From a virus: 64,000 bases of DNA. The DNA lies in IMG/VR virus record IMGVR_UViG_3300028902_000264, one strand, 5' to 3'. A program made the position numbers and the translations under genes. Shown here in pieces: positions 27,919 through 37,165 of this stretch; positions within the stretch are counted from its first letter, which is position 1, and every line of letters begins with the position of its first letter. The notes beneath the pieces were generated by a model. It searched no databases. It was not told where the DNA came from and saw nothing but the letters and a program-made list of their open reading frames with translations.

Positions 27919-29922
27919 ATGTCTTCAAAAAAACAGTACACAACAGAACAAGAATTTTTAAAAGGAGTAAAAACATTTATTGACAAGTCGGTTCCAGTTG
28001 GAACCCAAACTGGTTGGAGAGAATTTGCAGGTGGCTACGTTCACTATGTTAATGGTCATATGCAAAATGATCCAACCTTGGGTGTTGCGGTTGTGAAGTT
28101 TAGTGTCGATGGAAACTTAAAAACTGAAGAGTTTCGCGAAAAAGGTCATAGACATAGATTAGATGGCCCCGCGGTTGTTGAATATTCTCTGAACGGAGGC
28201 ACCCTAAAAGAAGAATATTACATAAATGGAATAAACTATGATTATACAACATATCAAGCAAAAGCTAAAGCTGCTGCCCCGAAACCAACATACCTAGAAT
28301 TTGGTAAGTTAAAAATTAACATAAACAGTCTTGAATCTGCTTTTGGAGACTCTCTAAAAAAAGATGCTAACGGAAACATTACGAATGTTAGACTTTTAAA
28401 GGAATCAAAAAAATCTTATGGTAGTATAAGATATGATCTTCTTGACAAAGAGACGATTTATGTTAACCATAACATGGTTTTTAGAAATGTTTATGATCCA
28501 ATTAAACCCTGTGTTTATTCATTTGACACTAACGGTATAGTAGATAACCCAGAATATTACACAGAGCCGCATTCAAGAGTTGACAACTGGAAATCTGCGG
28601 TATTTAAACCAAATCCTAAATCAACAACAGGAGTTCCTCTCTGGATTGAATTTCATGAGTTTCCTCAACTTGGACTTACCAAAGATGTAGTTGTTCAAGA
28701 ATATAAAACCGCAGCTGCTTTGAAATTGGTCTTGGATGATTTCATGTCTCCATTTAACAAGTCTCCATCTTTGTTTTATGTCTATCAAGATAATTTTTTC
28801 TATGTGTTAAAAGATCATGCAAATAATTTAATTTATGAAAAGAGAATTCCTCTAAGGCCAAGCCTTGCAAAAAATGATACCGAGATTGACATGTCTTGGG
28901 AATCAGAACCAACAACTTATTTGAAAGCTGGATATGTTGCGGGAGTTACTTCGAAACCTGTTTCAATTTCGAAAGAAGAATTTATGAGATCTCACCAAAT
29001 CTTAACAAAACAAAAAACCGCGATAGTTCAAAACGCATCCCCAATAACAGCGCAAGTCCCAACAGTTCAAGTGGCAAGTCCTGATTTTATTGGAAAAGAA
29101 ACGTTTAGTAAAATTGCGGTTGAACTTGGTAAAATGGGTTATAATGTTGTTCCATCGGTAGGAAAAGATGGATCGATTGAATTAAAGTTTGAACCAACCA
29201 TTTTAAATGGTTCAGGATCTATGGCTTCCGCTCCTTTTTTGGATTCGGGATCTATGTCTAAGGTTTGGGATTCAGAATCTAAACTTTCTATTCCTCTTTT
29301 GGTTTCTGGAGCTGCGCCAATAGGTCAACAACAGGTTAATTTATATGTTACATCAACTGTTGATGCCAAGGACATATCAAATCTGTTTGAGAAAAAAGCT
29401 CCAAGCCCGCCGCAACAAAATAAATTTATTCAAGTTGCCAAATCCGATGCTAAAGAAGTTGCAAAAAGAATTGCTGCAAAACAAGTAACTTCATTCGTCC
29501 ATGACATGTTGGTAAACTTTCTAACAAACAAACAAAAGAAAGCAAAAACAGAAATAGAAAACTTTCTTATGTCTGAAAAAGGAAAGGTGTTGCTTGGATT
29601 TGCGGTCGGGGCAACGATACCACTAATAACAAACCACTTCCCAGAAAAGTATAGGGAAGCTTTGATGGAAATAGGTTCCGAATTTAGGGTTCAAGCAGAA
29701 ACAGAAGTTGCGGTTGAGATTACAGATAACGTTATTTCGCCATTCCTCGCTCAGCTAGGGACAGGGCTGTCAGCCTTCGAGGTCTTTTCTGGAAATAATG
29801 CTGAAAAGGTGAGGGTGGACGTTGGCGAGAGCTTGACAGCTAGCTCGACAAGCTCTATAGAGGATGAAGCGGAGCTATTAGAGAAAATAGAAGTTGAGAA
29901 AAACCAAAAAACTCTGAACTAG
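27919..29922 (+). CDS. Shared-CTD family member 6, with an N-terminal HRLDGPA unit
   Basis: 667 aa. HRHRLDGPAVVEY; CTD AKSDAKEVAKR...EFRVQAET...EKVRVDV. Confidence 0.85.
   Translation: MSSKKQYTTEQEFLKGVKTFIDKSVPVGTQTGWREFAGGYVHYVNGHMQNDPTLGVAVVKFSVDGNLKTEEFREKGHRHRLDGPAVVEYSLNGGTLKEEYYINGINYDYTTYQAKAKAAAPKPTYLEFGKLKININSLESAFGDSLKKDANGNITNVRLLKESKKSYGSIRYDLLDKETIYVNHNMVFRNVYDPIKPCVYSFDTNGIVDNPEYYTEPHSRVDNWKSAVFKPNPKSTTGVPLWIEFHEFPQLGLTKDVVVQEYKTAAALKLVLDDFMSPFNKSPSLFYVYQDNFFYVLKDHANNLIYEKRIPLRPSLAKNDTEIDMSWESEPTTYLKAGYVAGVTSKPVSISKEEFMRSHQILTKQKTAIVQNASPITAQVPTVQVASPDFIGKETFSKIAVELGKMGYNVVPSVGKDGSIELKFEPTILNGSGSMASAPFLDSGSMSKVWDSESKLSIPLLVSGAAPIGQQQVNLYVTSTVDAKDISNLFEKKAPSPPQQNKFIQVAKSDAKEVAKRIAAKQVTSFVHDMLVNFLTNKQKKAKTEIENFLMSEKGKVLLGFAVGATIPLITNHFPEKYREALMEIGSEFRVQAETEVAVEITDNVISPFLAQLGTGLSAFEVFSGNNAEKVRVDVGESLTASSTSSIEDEAELLEKIEVEKNQKTLN
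29833..29861 (+). promoter_or_regulatory. Promoter embedded in the 3' end of member 6
   Basis: TTGACA-gctagctcgacaagctc(17)-TATAGA, 71 nt before the ATG of member 7. Confidence 0.7.
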
Positions 29923-29932
29923 GAAACTCGCA

Positions 29933-31492
29933 ATGGAAATCCCCAAGATAGATTCGATCATAGAAAACGATTCGTTTCTCTCTTCGAGAGATGAAGTTGA
30001 AAAAGAAATTATTAAACTGGTCAATTGTAAAAAAAAAGACGAGTTTCAAACAAAGTTAAATGAGCTGGCCAAGAAATATCGACTTAATATAAGAAACTCA
30101 GGTTATGAATATGAGCTGTCCTGGCAAGACAGCCCTGCAAATACCATAAAACTACTTCCTTTTAGAATTTTTACATGGTTTTCTGGAAATGATTCTATGG
30201 ATAGTTCCGAACTTAACTTGCCTGAAATACTCGTTGAGCTCTTACCAAAAAAAGATAATTTTGTTAAACACGTCGAGGTTTCCAGATCGTATGGCGGTGA
30301 TTTTAGTTCATTCTTTTGTAGCACAGGTTTCGTAAAAGCAACTTCGTATACAGAGTTGGTTTCAAAAATTGTTTACCGAATAAACCAAACCATAAAAGTT
30401 AGTCTTTATTGGGATATCAAAAATGATATTAAAAGTAAAACCTTTTTTAGCGACTTTCTTAGGAACTATTCAAGTATTTTTGACATTTATTTTAATAAAG
30501 AAAATAAAAACGAAATAGTTTTCGCCTATGAAAAAAAAGAAAATAAGATTGTTTTCGATTTTGAATCTGCTCCAAAAGAATTTCAAAGTTGTTTGTTAAA
30601 AGAAATTTCTTCAGATCCTCAGAAAACTCTCATTACTATGACATATTTGAACGGAGCCGTTGAAACTTATAAGTGCCAAAGCAATACGATTCTTAGAAAA
30701 GAACCTCTTGTGAATGGTAAAGATCACTGCGAAACGGGTCCCGCAAAAGTTTTGTACAGATACAACAGCGCCAGCGATACATTTGTTTCTGCAGAAGAAC
30801 ACTACTTTCTTAACGGAAAAAGATTTTCTTCAAAAGAAGAATGGACTAAAGCTGTCGAAGCTTTAAACAAAGAAAAAGAGACGGTTACTTCGAGGGGCTT
30901 GACTACTCCCGCGACAGTAGCTACTGTCAACCATCGGTCGGAAACTCCAGTTCAAACCATAGAAAAGGAAAAAAGCACAATGAGTAAAGTTCTTGATACG
31001 GTAAAGAAAGACGGTCGCGAAGTTGCCAAGCGTGTTGTTGTGACGAAGGCAACAGAAGCGGTTACAAGCGCTCTCGCGAATATGATTTCTCCTGGCAATG
31101 ATAAGAAAGCGTCGAGCACGCGCAAATCGGTCGAAGAAGCCCTGAAAACTCCTGGTGGAAGGGCTGTTGTGTCTTTTATGATGGGAGCAATTGTTCCCGT
31201 CGTTGAAGATAAGATTCCCGAAAAATACCGCGCAATCGCTTCGGAAGGTGGACAAGAGGCGCGTGTCCAAGCAGAAGTATATTTTACAGGCGCGATTGTT
31301 GAACAACTTGCGAAACCTGCAATGAAGGCTGCTTTGGGAGGAATTCAAAGCAGTCTCGACAAAGTTATCGAGAGCGAAACAACCGAAATTCGCGCGGATC
31401 TTCCAGCGGCGAAAACCGCCCCCGAACTTTCAGAAGTTAATGTTGAGACCGCGAAGGCTTCTCTCGCGGGAAAGAAGTCAAAGGTAGATTAA
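29933..31492 (+). CDS. Shared-CTD family member 7
   Basis: 519 aa. Degenerate DHCETGPA unit; CTD VKKDGREVAKR...EARVQAEV. Confidence 0.85.
   Translation: MEIPKIDSIIENDSFLSSRDEVEKEIIKLVNCKKKDEFQTKLNELAKKYRLNIRNSGYEYELSWQDSPANTIKLLPFRIFTWFSGNDSMDSSELNLPEILVELLPKKDNFVKHVEVSRSYGGDFSSFFCSTGFVKATSYTELVSKIVYRINQTIKVSLYWDIKNDIKSKTFFSDFLRNYSSIFDIYFNKENKNEIVFAYEKKENKIVFDFESAPKEFQSCLLKEISSDPQKTLITMTYLNGAVETYKCQSNTILRKEPLVNGKDHCETGPAKVLYRYNSASDTFVSAEEHYFLNGKRFSSKEEWTKAVEALNKEKETVTSRGLTTPATVATVNHRSETPVQTIEKEKSTMSKVLDTVKKDGREVAKRVVVTKATEAVTSALANMISPGNDKKASSTRKSVEEALKTPGGRAVVSFMMGAIVPVVEDKIPEKYRAIASEGGQEARVQAEVYFTGAIVEQLAKPAMKAALGGIQSSLDKVIESETTEIRADLPAAKTAPELSEVNVETAKASLAGKKSKVD
30899..30927 (+). promoter_or_regulatory. 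Intragenic promoter upstream of the CTD of member 7
   Basis: GAGGGGC-TTGACT-N17-TACTGT, AAGGA at 30965-30969, in-frame ATG at 30980. Confidence 0.7.
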
Positions 31493-31599
31493 TTAAATTT
31501 CCTAAACAATAAAAATTTTTTGGCTTGGATTGGAGTAACATCTTCCGAGCTTTTTGTGTTTGGGATTTAGTTTTCTACCTCATACAAAGGTCCAATGTG

Positions 31600-33981
31600 A
31601 TGAAAGAACAAAAAATCCTACCAGAAAAGGAAATTAAAGAATGGGTTGAGTTTATTCCAAAAGAAAATAGAGCTAAATTAGAAGATTTTCGAAGTTTTAG
31701 AATAGACACCCCTGGATGGAATATTATTGAACACAAAGGTAAACCTCTTTTTGCTGTGTACTGCGATAAGAGAAACACTATAAATTCCGACAGCCACGGT
31801 CCTGCATATGTTGTGTTGGACAACATTGACTATGTTAGCAAAGAAATGGAGAAAGTGAATCTCTCGGGTTTTAAACACCTAAAAGAATATTTCTTTGACA
31901 ATTTAATTGAATTAAGTGAGGAAAGGTATAGAGAAATATTGATTGATTCAACTGGATCGGATGCGGGTGTTTGGACAACACCAACAGAACGAAAAGAAAA
32001 ATTAGAAAAATCTTTACCTAAAGAAGAAATTAAGGAATGGATTGAGTTTATTCCAAAAGAAAATCACGTTCCAATTTCTGGCTATGAAACCAGATATCAG
32101 TTTAAACCAGGCTGGTACCTCATTTATGATGATGAAAATGGCAATAAGCCAATGTTTTGTGCATATTACGATGCTAGTTGTGATGATTTTATAAACCATT
32201 CAGGTCCTTCACATATTGCGCTAGATAATATTGATGTTGTAAACAAGTTTATGGACAAACATGATTATGAGCCTTTTAAATATTTAAAAGAATACTCTAC
32301 TGAAATGCTTGACTTTGTTTCTCTAGAAGAGTTTAAAAAAGAAACAGGATACGATTCCGATAAATTATATGATACTCCAAGCGGATATAAAAAGTTGTTT
32401 GGAAAACAAGACAAACTTTCAAAGAACCCTCTTTCAAAGAAAGAAATAGAACAGTGGCATAAGATAATTCCAGAAGATCATTTTTTATCTCTGGATAATT
32501 TTGCAGAAGAAAATTACGAAACTGAAGAAGATGGTTGGTATCTTGTTGCAAAAGATAGTAAATCCAGTCCTCTGTTTTGCTTTTATCAAGAATGCGGCAT
32601 CCCCGCTAAAAACTCAAATGGTCCAGTTTATGTTGTTTTAACTGATAATTTAGAAGAACTAAACAAAATGATGACCGAGCGAGATTGTGTTCCATTTATT
32701 GCATTTAAAGAATTTGTCCAAAATAATTTGTTTTTTAATGAAACTAAATTTCGAGAAAGAATGATTTCCAAAAATGGAACGGACAAGGATGTTTGGACGA
32801 CACCAAAAGAGTACAGAGAGATTCAAAAACTCAAAGCAAAAGAAGAAGAAGGAGATAATAAAGACATGGCAACACCAAAGAAAACAAAGACTTCGACTGG
32901 TTTGACCAGCGAACAAAAGGAGCATTATCTTAAGCTCGCGGAGGCGGCAGGAGCAGAAAGAGTCCCATCGGAAGATTTTGAAAATGTAGCATATAATAAG
33001 CCTTATATTGTTCTTGCAGGAGAAAATGCTTTAGGGGATCTAAAAGAAGAAGATCCAATTGCTATTATTTATTATTCCAGCGAAGGAGACATTCATAATT
33101 TGTTTGGACCAGCATTGATTGATCTTCTTGAAGGTAAAGAACTTGAAGAAGATTTCCATGAAGAGATTTCTCACCATTTTTATAACGGAGGAGAAACGAA
33201 AGAAGAGTATTGGTTAGATGGCAACAACTATACTTTAAGCGCTTGGAAGAAAAACGCGAAAGCACGAATTGAAAATGTTTTGAAGATGGGATTTGTTTTA
33301 CCAGAAACCTGCCCCGATTATCTGGTTCCTGATGGTTACAAAAAACCATCCTCTGTTTCGACAGAAAAGAAACCAACTGTTTCTGGTTCAAAACCTGCCT
33401 CTGGTGGTTTCAAGGCAACAGTTAAATCAGATTTGAGCGCAGTTGCAACAAGGGTTGCTGTTAAAAAATCAACAGAACTGTTTTCTGGATTGATTGTTGA
33501 TTTTCTTGCCTCGAACAAAAAGGGCAGCGAAGCAACAGCAATGAAAAAGAAAGTCAAGGATCTTCTTTCAACAGAAGATGGAAAGGCTGCTTTCCAAATT
33601 CTTATTGGAGCGCTTCTTCCTCTTATGACAAATTCCGATAAGATTCCAGAATCAATCAAAGATGTTATGGAAACAGTTGGAAAAGGATTCCGAACGGATG
33701 GAATGACTCACTTTGCTGTTGAATTTGTTGATTATCTTTCTGGTCCTGGTGCGGAAACTTTCAGAAACACAATCGTCAAGGCATTCGAGGGTTTCAAAAA
33801 ACTCGATGACATGACGAACGAAAAAGGAGAAATTAATGTTCGAGCTATTGCTGAACCAACTCTTTCCTTGTTGACAATGACAGGGACAAAAGAAACCGAA
33901 AAAAATGAAGAGGAGCTTGATTATGTTGAAACAGATGTTGGTGCCGCGAAAGCGAAATTGAATGCAATGAGAAAGAATTAA
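31600..33981 (+). CDS. Shared-CTD family member 8, with three approx. 135-aa repeats
   Basis: Repeats start LPEKEIKEWVEFIPKEN / LPKEEIKEWIEFIPKEN / LSKKEIEQWHKIIPEDH. CTD VKSDLSAVATRVAV. ATG 31600 preferred to TTG 31525. Confidence 0.82.
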   Translation: MKEQKILPEKEIKEWVEFIPKENRAKLEDFRSFRIDTPGWNIIEHKGKPLFAVYCDKRNTINSDSHGPAYVVLDNIDYVSKEMEKVNLSGFKHLKEYFFDNLIELSEERYREILIDSTGSDAGVWTTPTERKEKLEKSLPKEEIKEWIEFIPKENHVPISGYETRYQFKPGWYLIYDDENGNKPMFCAYYDASCDDFINHSGPSHIALDNIDVVNKFMDKHDYEPFKYLKEYSTEMLDFVSLEEFKKETGYDSDKLYDTPSGYKKLFGKQDKLSKNPLSKKEIEQWHKIIPEDHFLSLDNFAEENYETEEDGWYLVAKDSKSSPLFCFYQECGIPAKNSNGPVYVVLTDNLEELNKMMTERDCVPFIAFKEFVQNNLFFNETKFRERMISKNGTDKDVWTTPKEYREIQKLKAKEEEGDNKDMATPKKTKTSTGLTSEQKEHYLKLAEAAGAERVPSEDFENVAYNKPYIVLAGENALGDLKEEDPIAIIYYSSEGDIHNLFGPALIDLLEGKELEEDFHEEISHHFYNGGETKEEYWLDGNNYTLSAWKKNAKARIENVLKMGFVLPETCPDYLVPDGYKKPSSVSTEKKPTVSGSKPASGGFKATVKSDLSAVATRVAVKKSTELFSGLIVDFLASNKKGSEATAMKKKVKDLLSTEDGKAAFQILIGALLPLMTNSDKIPESIKDVMETVGKGFRTDGMTHFAVEFVDYLSGPGAETFRNTIVKAFEGFKKLDDMTNEKGEINVRAIAEPTLSLLTMTGTKETEKNEEELDYVETDVGAAKAKLNAMRKN

Positions 33982-33991
33982 AACAGTTTGG

Positions 33992-34531
33992 ATGAAACTT
34001 TGGGTTGTTAATAAGTTGAAAACAATCAAACTAACAGTGGGAGAATTACCTCCTGAAAACTTTACTGGTATTGTTGAGTGGGAAAACGAAAACAAAGAAT
34101 ATTATAAAAATGGAAAATTTCACAGAGAAGATGGACCAGTAGTTGAATGGAATAACGGATACAAAGAATGGTTTATAACTGGAAAACTCCATCGAGAAGA
34201 TGGACCAGCAATAATTTTTCCAAATGGAGATGAATACTGGTACAGAGAAGGAAACCAACACCGAATAAATGGACCAGCAGTTAAATACTCAAATGGCTCC
34301 TGTTACAATTGGATTATTGATTCATGGATCTATTATCCACATATTTTAAATTGGTATTTCGGTACTGCTCTTTACCTCGATAAAGAAAAAGGAAAATATG
34401 ATCTTGTGTGGTTAAAGTTCTTAACAGAAAGAGGAATAGAAGAGTTTCCTATTATTCCAGGAATGGAACAAGACCTTCGGTTTAAAGAAGTTTTTGATAA
34501 GTTTCTTTGCTCGCAAAAGGAAATAAAATGA
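33992..34531 (+). CDS. HRxDGPA-repeat protein (3 repeats) with KEKG...PIIPG domain
   Basis: PENFTGIVEW, three repeats, conserved C-terminal domain. Confidence 0.85.
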   Translation: MKLWVVNKLKTIKLTVGELPPENFTGIVEWENENKEYYKNGKFHREDGPVVEWNNGYKEWFITGKLHREDGPAIIFPNGDEYWYREGNQHRINGPAVKYSNGSCYNWIIDSWIYYPHILNWYFGTALYLDKEKGKYDLVWLKFLTERGIEEFPIIPGMEQDLRFKEVFDKFLCSQKEIK

Positions 34532-35148
34532 AAGAATATCCAACAATAGAAAAACAGATTCTTGAAGGAAATAATTTTTATTGTTTTGATAAACTAGACG
34601 GTTCAAATGTTAGGTGCGAGTTTAATATCAAAAAAGGTTTTATAAAGTTTGGTAGCCGCACTCAACTAATTGACGAATCCTCAAATGATCTTGGAAAACA
34701 TTCAATTCCTTTAATAAAAGAAAAGGAACAAGCAATAATTCAAGTTCTAAAAAAGAACAAGTTCGAAAAAGGGACTTGTTTTTTTGAGTTTTATGGACCT
34801 TCAAGTTTTGCGGGCAACCATAATTGGGAAGAAACTCATGGAGTTTCTCTTATTGATGTATGGATTGAAAAGAAAGGAATGATTGATCCAAAAGAATTCC
34901 TTTCTCTGTTTGGTATAGAAGAAATAGAAACTCCAAAACTTCTTCACTATGGATCGGTCGATCAAGAGTTTATAGATTTAGTAAGATCATCTTCTCTTGA
35001 AGGAATGACATTTGAAGGAGTTATTTGCAAAGCAAAGAAACTTCCAAAACAACATTACTGTCCAGCTGTAAAAATTAAATCAACCGCTTGGCTTGATAAA
35101 CTAAAAGGGATCTGCTCTTCTCAGGAAGAGTTTGAAAAGAGATCGTAA
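34528..35148 (+). CDS. Short RNA ligase (Rnl2-like adenylation domain only)
   Basis: KEYPTI, DKLDGSNVR, FGSR, FFEFYG, EGVIC, VKIK. Confidence 0.75.
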   Translation: MKEYPTIEKQILEGNNFYCFDKLDGSNVRCEFNIKKGFIKFGSRTQLIDESSNDLGKHSIPLIKEKEQAIIQVLKKNKFEKGTCFFEFYGPSSFAGNHNWEETHGVSLIDVWIEKKGMIDPKEFLSLFGIEEIETPKLLHYGSVDQEFIDLVRSSSLEGMTFEGVICKAKKLPKQHYCPAVKIKSTAWLDKLKGICSSQEEFEKRS

Positions 35149-35173
35149 ACCTAAATAAAGAAAGAAGAAACAA

Positions 35174-37165
35174 ATGTCAAAGATTCATATAGACGTTGTA
35201 ATAGATGTTGCTTACGGGGACTGTGGAAAAGGAAAAATCACACATCACCTTGCAACAGAAAACAAGTCTTATACTCATGTAATGAGAACTTCTGGTGGAC
35301 AAAACGCAGGACATACAATTTATCACAAAGGTAAAAAGTATGCAACTCATATCGTTCCTTCGGGAGTGTTTCATGGAATAACTTCGGTGATTGGTTCAGG
35401 TTGCGTCTTTCATCCAGAAAGTCTCTTAAAAGAAATAAAAGAGATTGAATCTCAAGGAGACGTTGAAGTATTAAAGTATCTTAAAATTGCTAAAAACTGT
35501 CATATTGTTACAAACGAACACCTTGCAGAAGAAGCAAAAGAATCAAAAATTGGAACCACAAAACGAGGAATTGGTCCTGCTTACAGAGACAAATATGCAA
35601 GAACAGGAATTAGAGCAGAGGAAGCTCTAAAAGGAACTGTTTTGGAACCTTGTCTTATTGATCTATATGAAGAGTTTTATGTTAAGGATGCCGCGAATTT
35701 TAAACGCATCTTGGTTGAAGGAGCTCAAGGTTTCTATCTTGATATTGATTGGGGAGACTATCCTTTCGTTACCTCAAGCCATTGCGGGCTTGGTGGGGTA
35801 TTCCTTAATGGATTCACCCACAAACAAATTGACACGGTTTACGGGGCTATTAAAGCCTACGAAACCTATGTTGGCTCAAAGCAGTTTGAGGATACTTCAA
35901 ACCCACTGTTTGCAAAAATTCGAGAACTTGGAGCGGAACGCGGAGTAACTTGTATGCCAAAAGGTGAGTTGGTGTTAACTTCTAGAGGGTATATTGCAGT
36001 TGAAAATGTTAAAATTGGTGATAAAGTTATTACTCATACTGGTAAAGTTCGTTCCGTTGCCGATACATCAAAACATGAAAAATCGAAAATATATCAAGTT
36101 ACATTAGAAAATGGCTTGAAATTAAAAACAAACGATAAACATCCTTACTGCTCTGGAAATGATAAATGGATTAGAGCAGATAAATTAAAAATCGGTGACA
36201 TTATCAAATGTCACTCTTCAGATTTGGAAAAATGGAAAAAGATTGAAGAAGAAAACTTTTCAATTTATGAAATATCTTCTTGGGGAAGAGTATACAATAT
36301 TAAAACGCAAAAAATGCTAAAACCTTCTAAAAAAGGTAAATGGGGACATTTGAAAGTGACCCTGCACGAGACTATAAATAGAAAAAAAATAAAAAAAGAT
36401 TTTCCCGTTCATAGACTGGTTATAAAATATTTTGGAAAAAACATTTCAAATTTTGAAACTTTAGAAGTAAGACATTTAAACGGAATTGCATGGGATAATA
36501 ATATAAAAAATTTGATACTTGGTACTCCAAAAGAAAATAGAAAGGATGCTGTTTTACATGGTTCGATGTCTAGAAGGAGGCCAGGATCTCATGGAGGATT
36601 TAAAACAACAAAGCTGAATGAGAAAATTGTTCAATACATTAGAAGTTTGCCAAGAGTTATTGATAATAAAAATCAATCCACCAGTATTTCTGATAAAGAA
36701 TTAGCAAAAAGATTTAAAGTGTCAAGAGAATTGATTAGAGATATAAGAACAAATAAAGCCTGGAAACCAGAAGACCCAAATATGTTAGTTGAAAAACTAG
36801 TAAAGTTTACATATTCAAAAGTATCCAAAATAGAGATTTTGGAAGAGGAACAGGAAGTGTTTGGATTAACAGTCGAAGAAGATGAAAGTCACGTAACTGG
36901 TGGAATAGTTACTCATAATACAGGTCGATCAAGACAAGTAAATTGGATTAATATTGATGAACTTAAAAAGGCGTGCGAGATGAATGCGGTTGATGTTTTG
37001 GTTGTTTCAAAAATGGATATCTTAAAAGGTCTCCAAGAATGGCATGTTAGGAACTCTTCTGGAGAAGTAACTTCATTTAAAACAGAAGAAGAATTTAAAG
37101 GTTATATTCAGAATAGTCTAAAAGGTGTTGAAATCAAATGGTCGTACTCTCCAGAGAAGATATAA
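35174..37165 (+). CDS. purA: Adenylosuccinate synthetase, short type, intein-containing
   Basis: YGDCGKGK, GGQNAGHT, IGTTKRGIGPAYRDK, EGAQG...DYPFVTSS. GVT-TGRSR after splicing (340 aa). Confidence 0.92.
   Translation: MSKIHIDVVIDVAYGDCGKGKITHHLATENKSYTHVMRTSGGQNAGHTIYHKGKKYATHIVPSGVFHGITSVIGSGCVFHPESLLKEIKEIESQGDVEVLKYLKIAKNCHIVTNEHLAEEAKESKIGTTKRGIGPAYRDKYARTGIRAEEALKGTVLEPCLIDLYEEFYVKDAANFKRILVEGAQGFYLDIDWGDYPFVTSSHCGLGGVFLNGFTHKQIDTVYGAIKAYETYVGSKQFEDTSNPLFAKIRELGAERGVTCMPKGELVLTSRGYIAVENVKIGDKVITHTGKVRSVADTSKHEKSKIYQVTLENGLKLKTNDKHPYCSGNDKWIRADKLKIGDIIKCHSSDLEKWKKIEEENFSIYEISSWGRVYNIKTQKMLKPSKKGKWGHLKVTLHETINRKKIKKDFPVHRLVIKYFGKNISNFETLEVRHLNGIAWDNNIKNLILGTPKENRKDAVLHGSMSRRRPGSHGGFKTTKLNEKIVQYIRSLPRVIDNKNQSTSISDKELAKRFKVSRELIRDIRTNKAWKPEDPNMLVEKLVKFTYSKVSKIEILEEEQEVFGLTVEEDESHVTGGIVTHNTGRSRQVNWINIDELKKACEMNAVDVLVVSKMDILKGLQEWHVRNSSGEVTSFKTEEEFKGYIQNSLKGVEIKWSYSPEKI
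35951..36919 (+). mobile_element. Intein (323 aa) with NUMOD4-HNH homing endonuclease
   Basis: Starts CMPKGELVLT, ends GGIVTHN, Thr(+1). Internal YEISSWGRV, VHRLV, VRHLNGIAWDNNIKNL and an HTH-like segment. Confidence 0.92.

Noticed and set aside
35174-37165. PurZ (2-aminoadenine, Z-genome) instead of PurA
   Set aside because: The catalytic Asp is retained (GDCGKG; PurZ has Ser), and EGAQG and the TTGRxR loop are PurA-like. No dATPase or MazZ gene is seen nearby.
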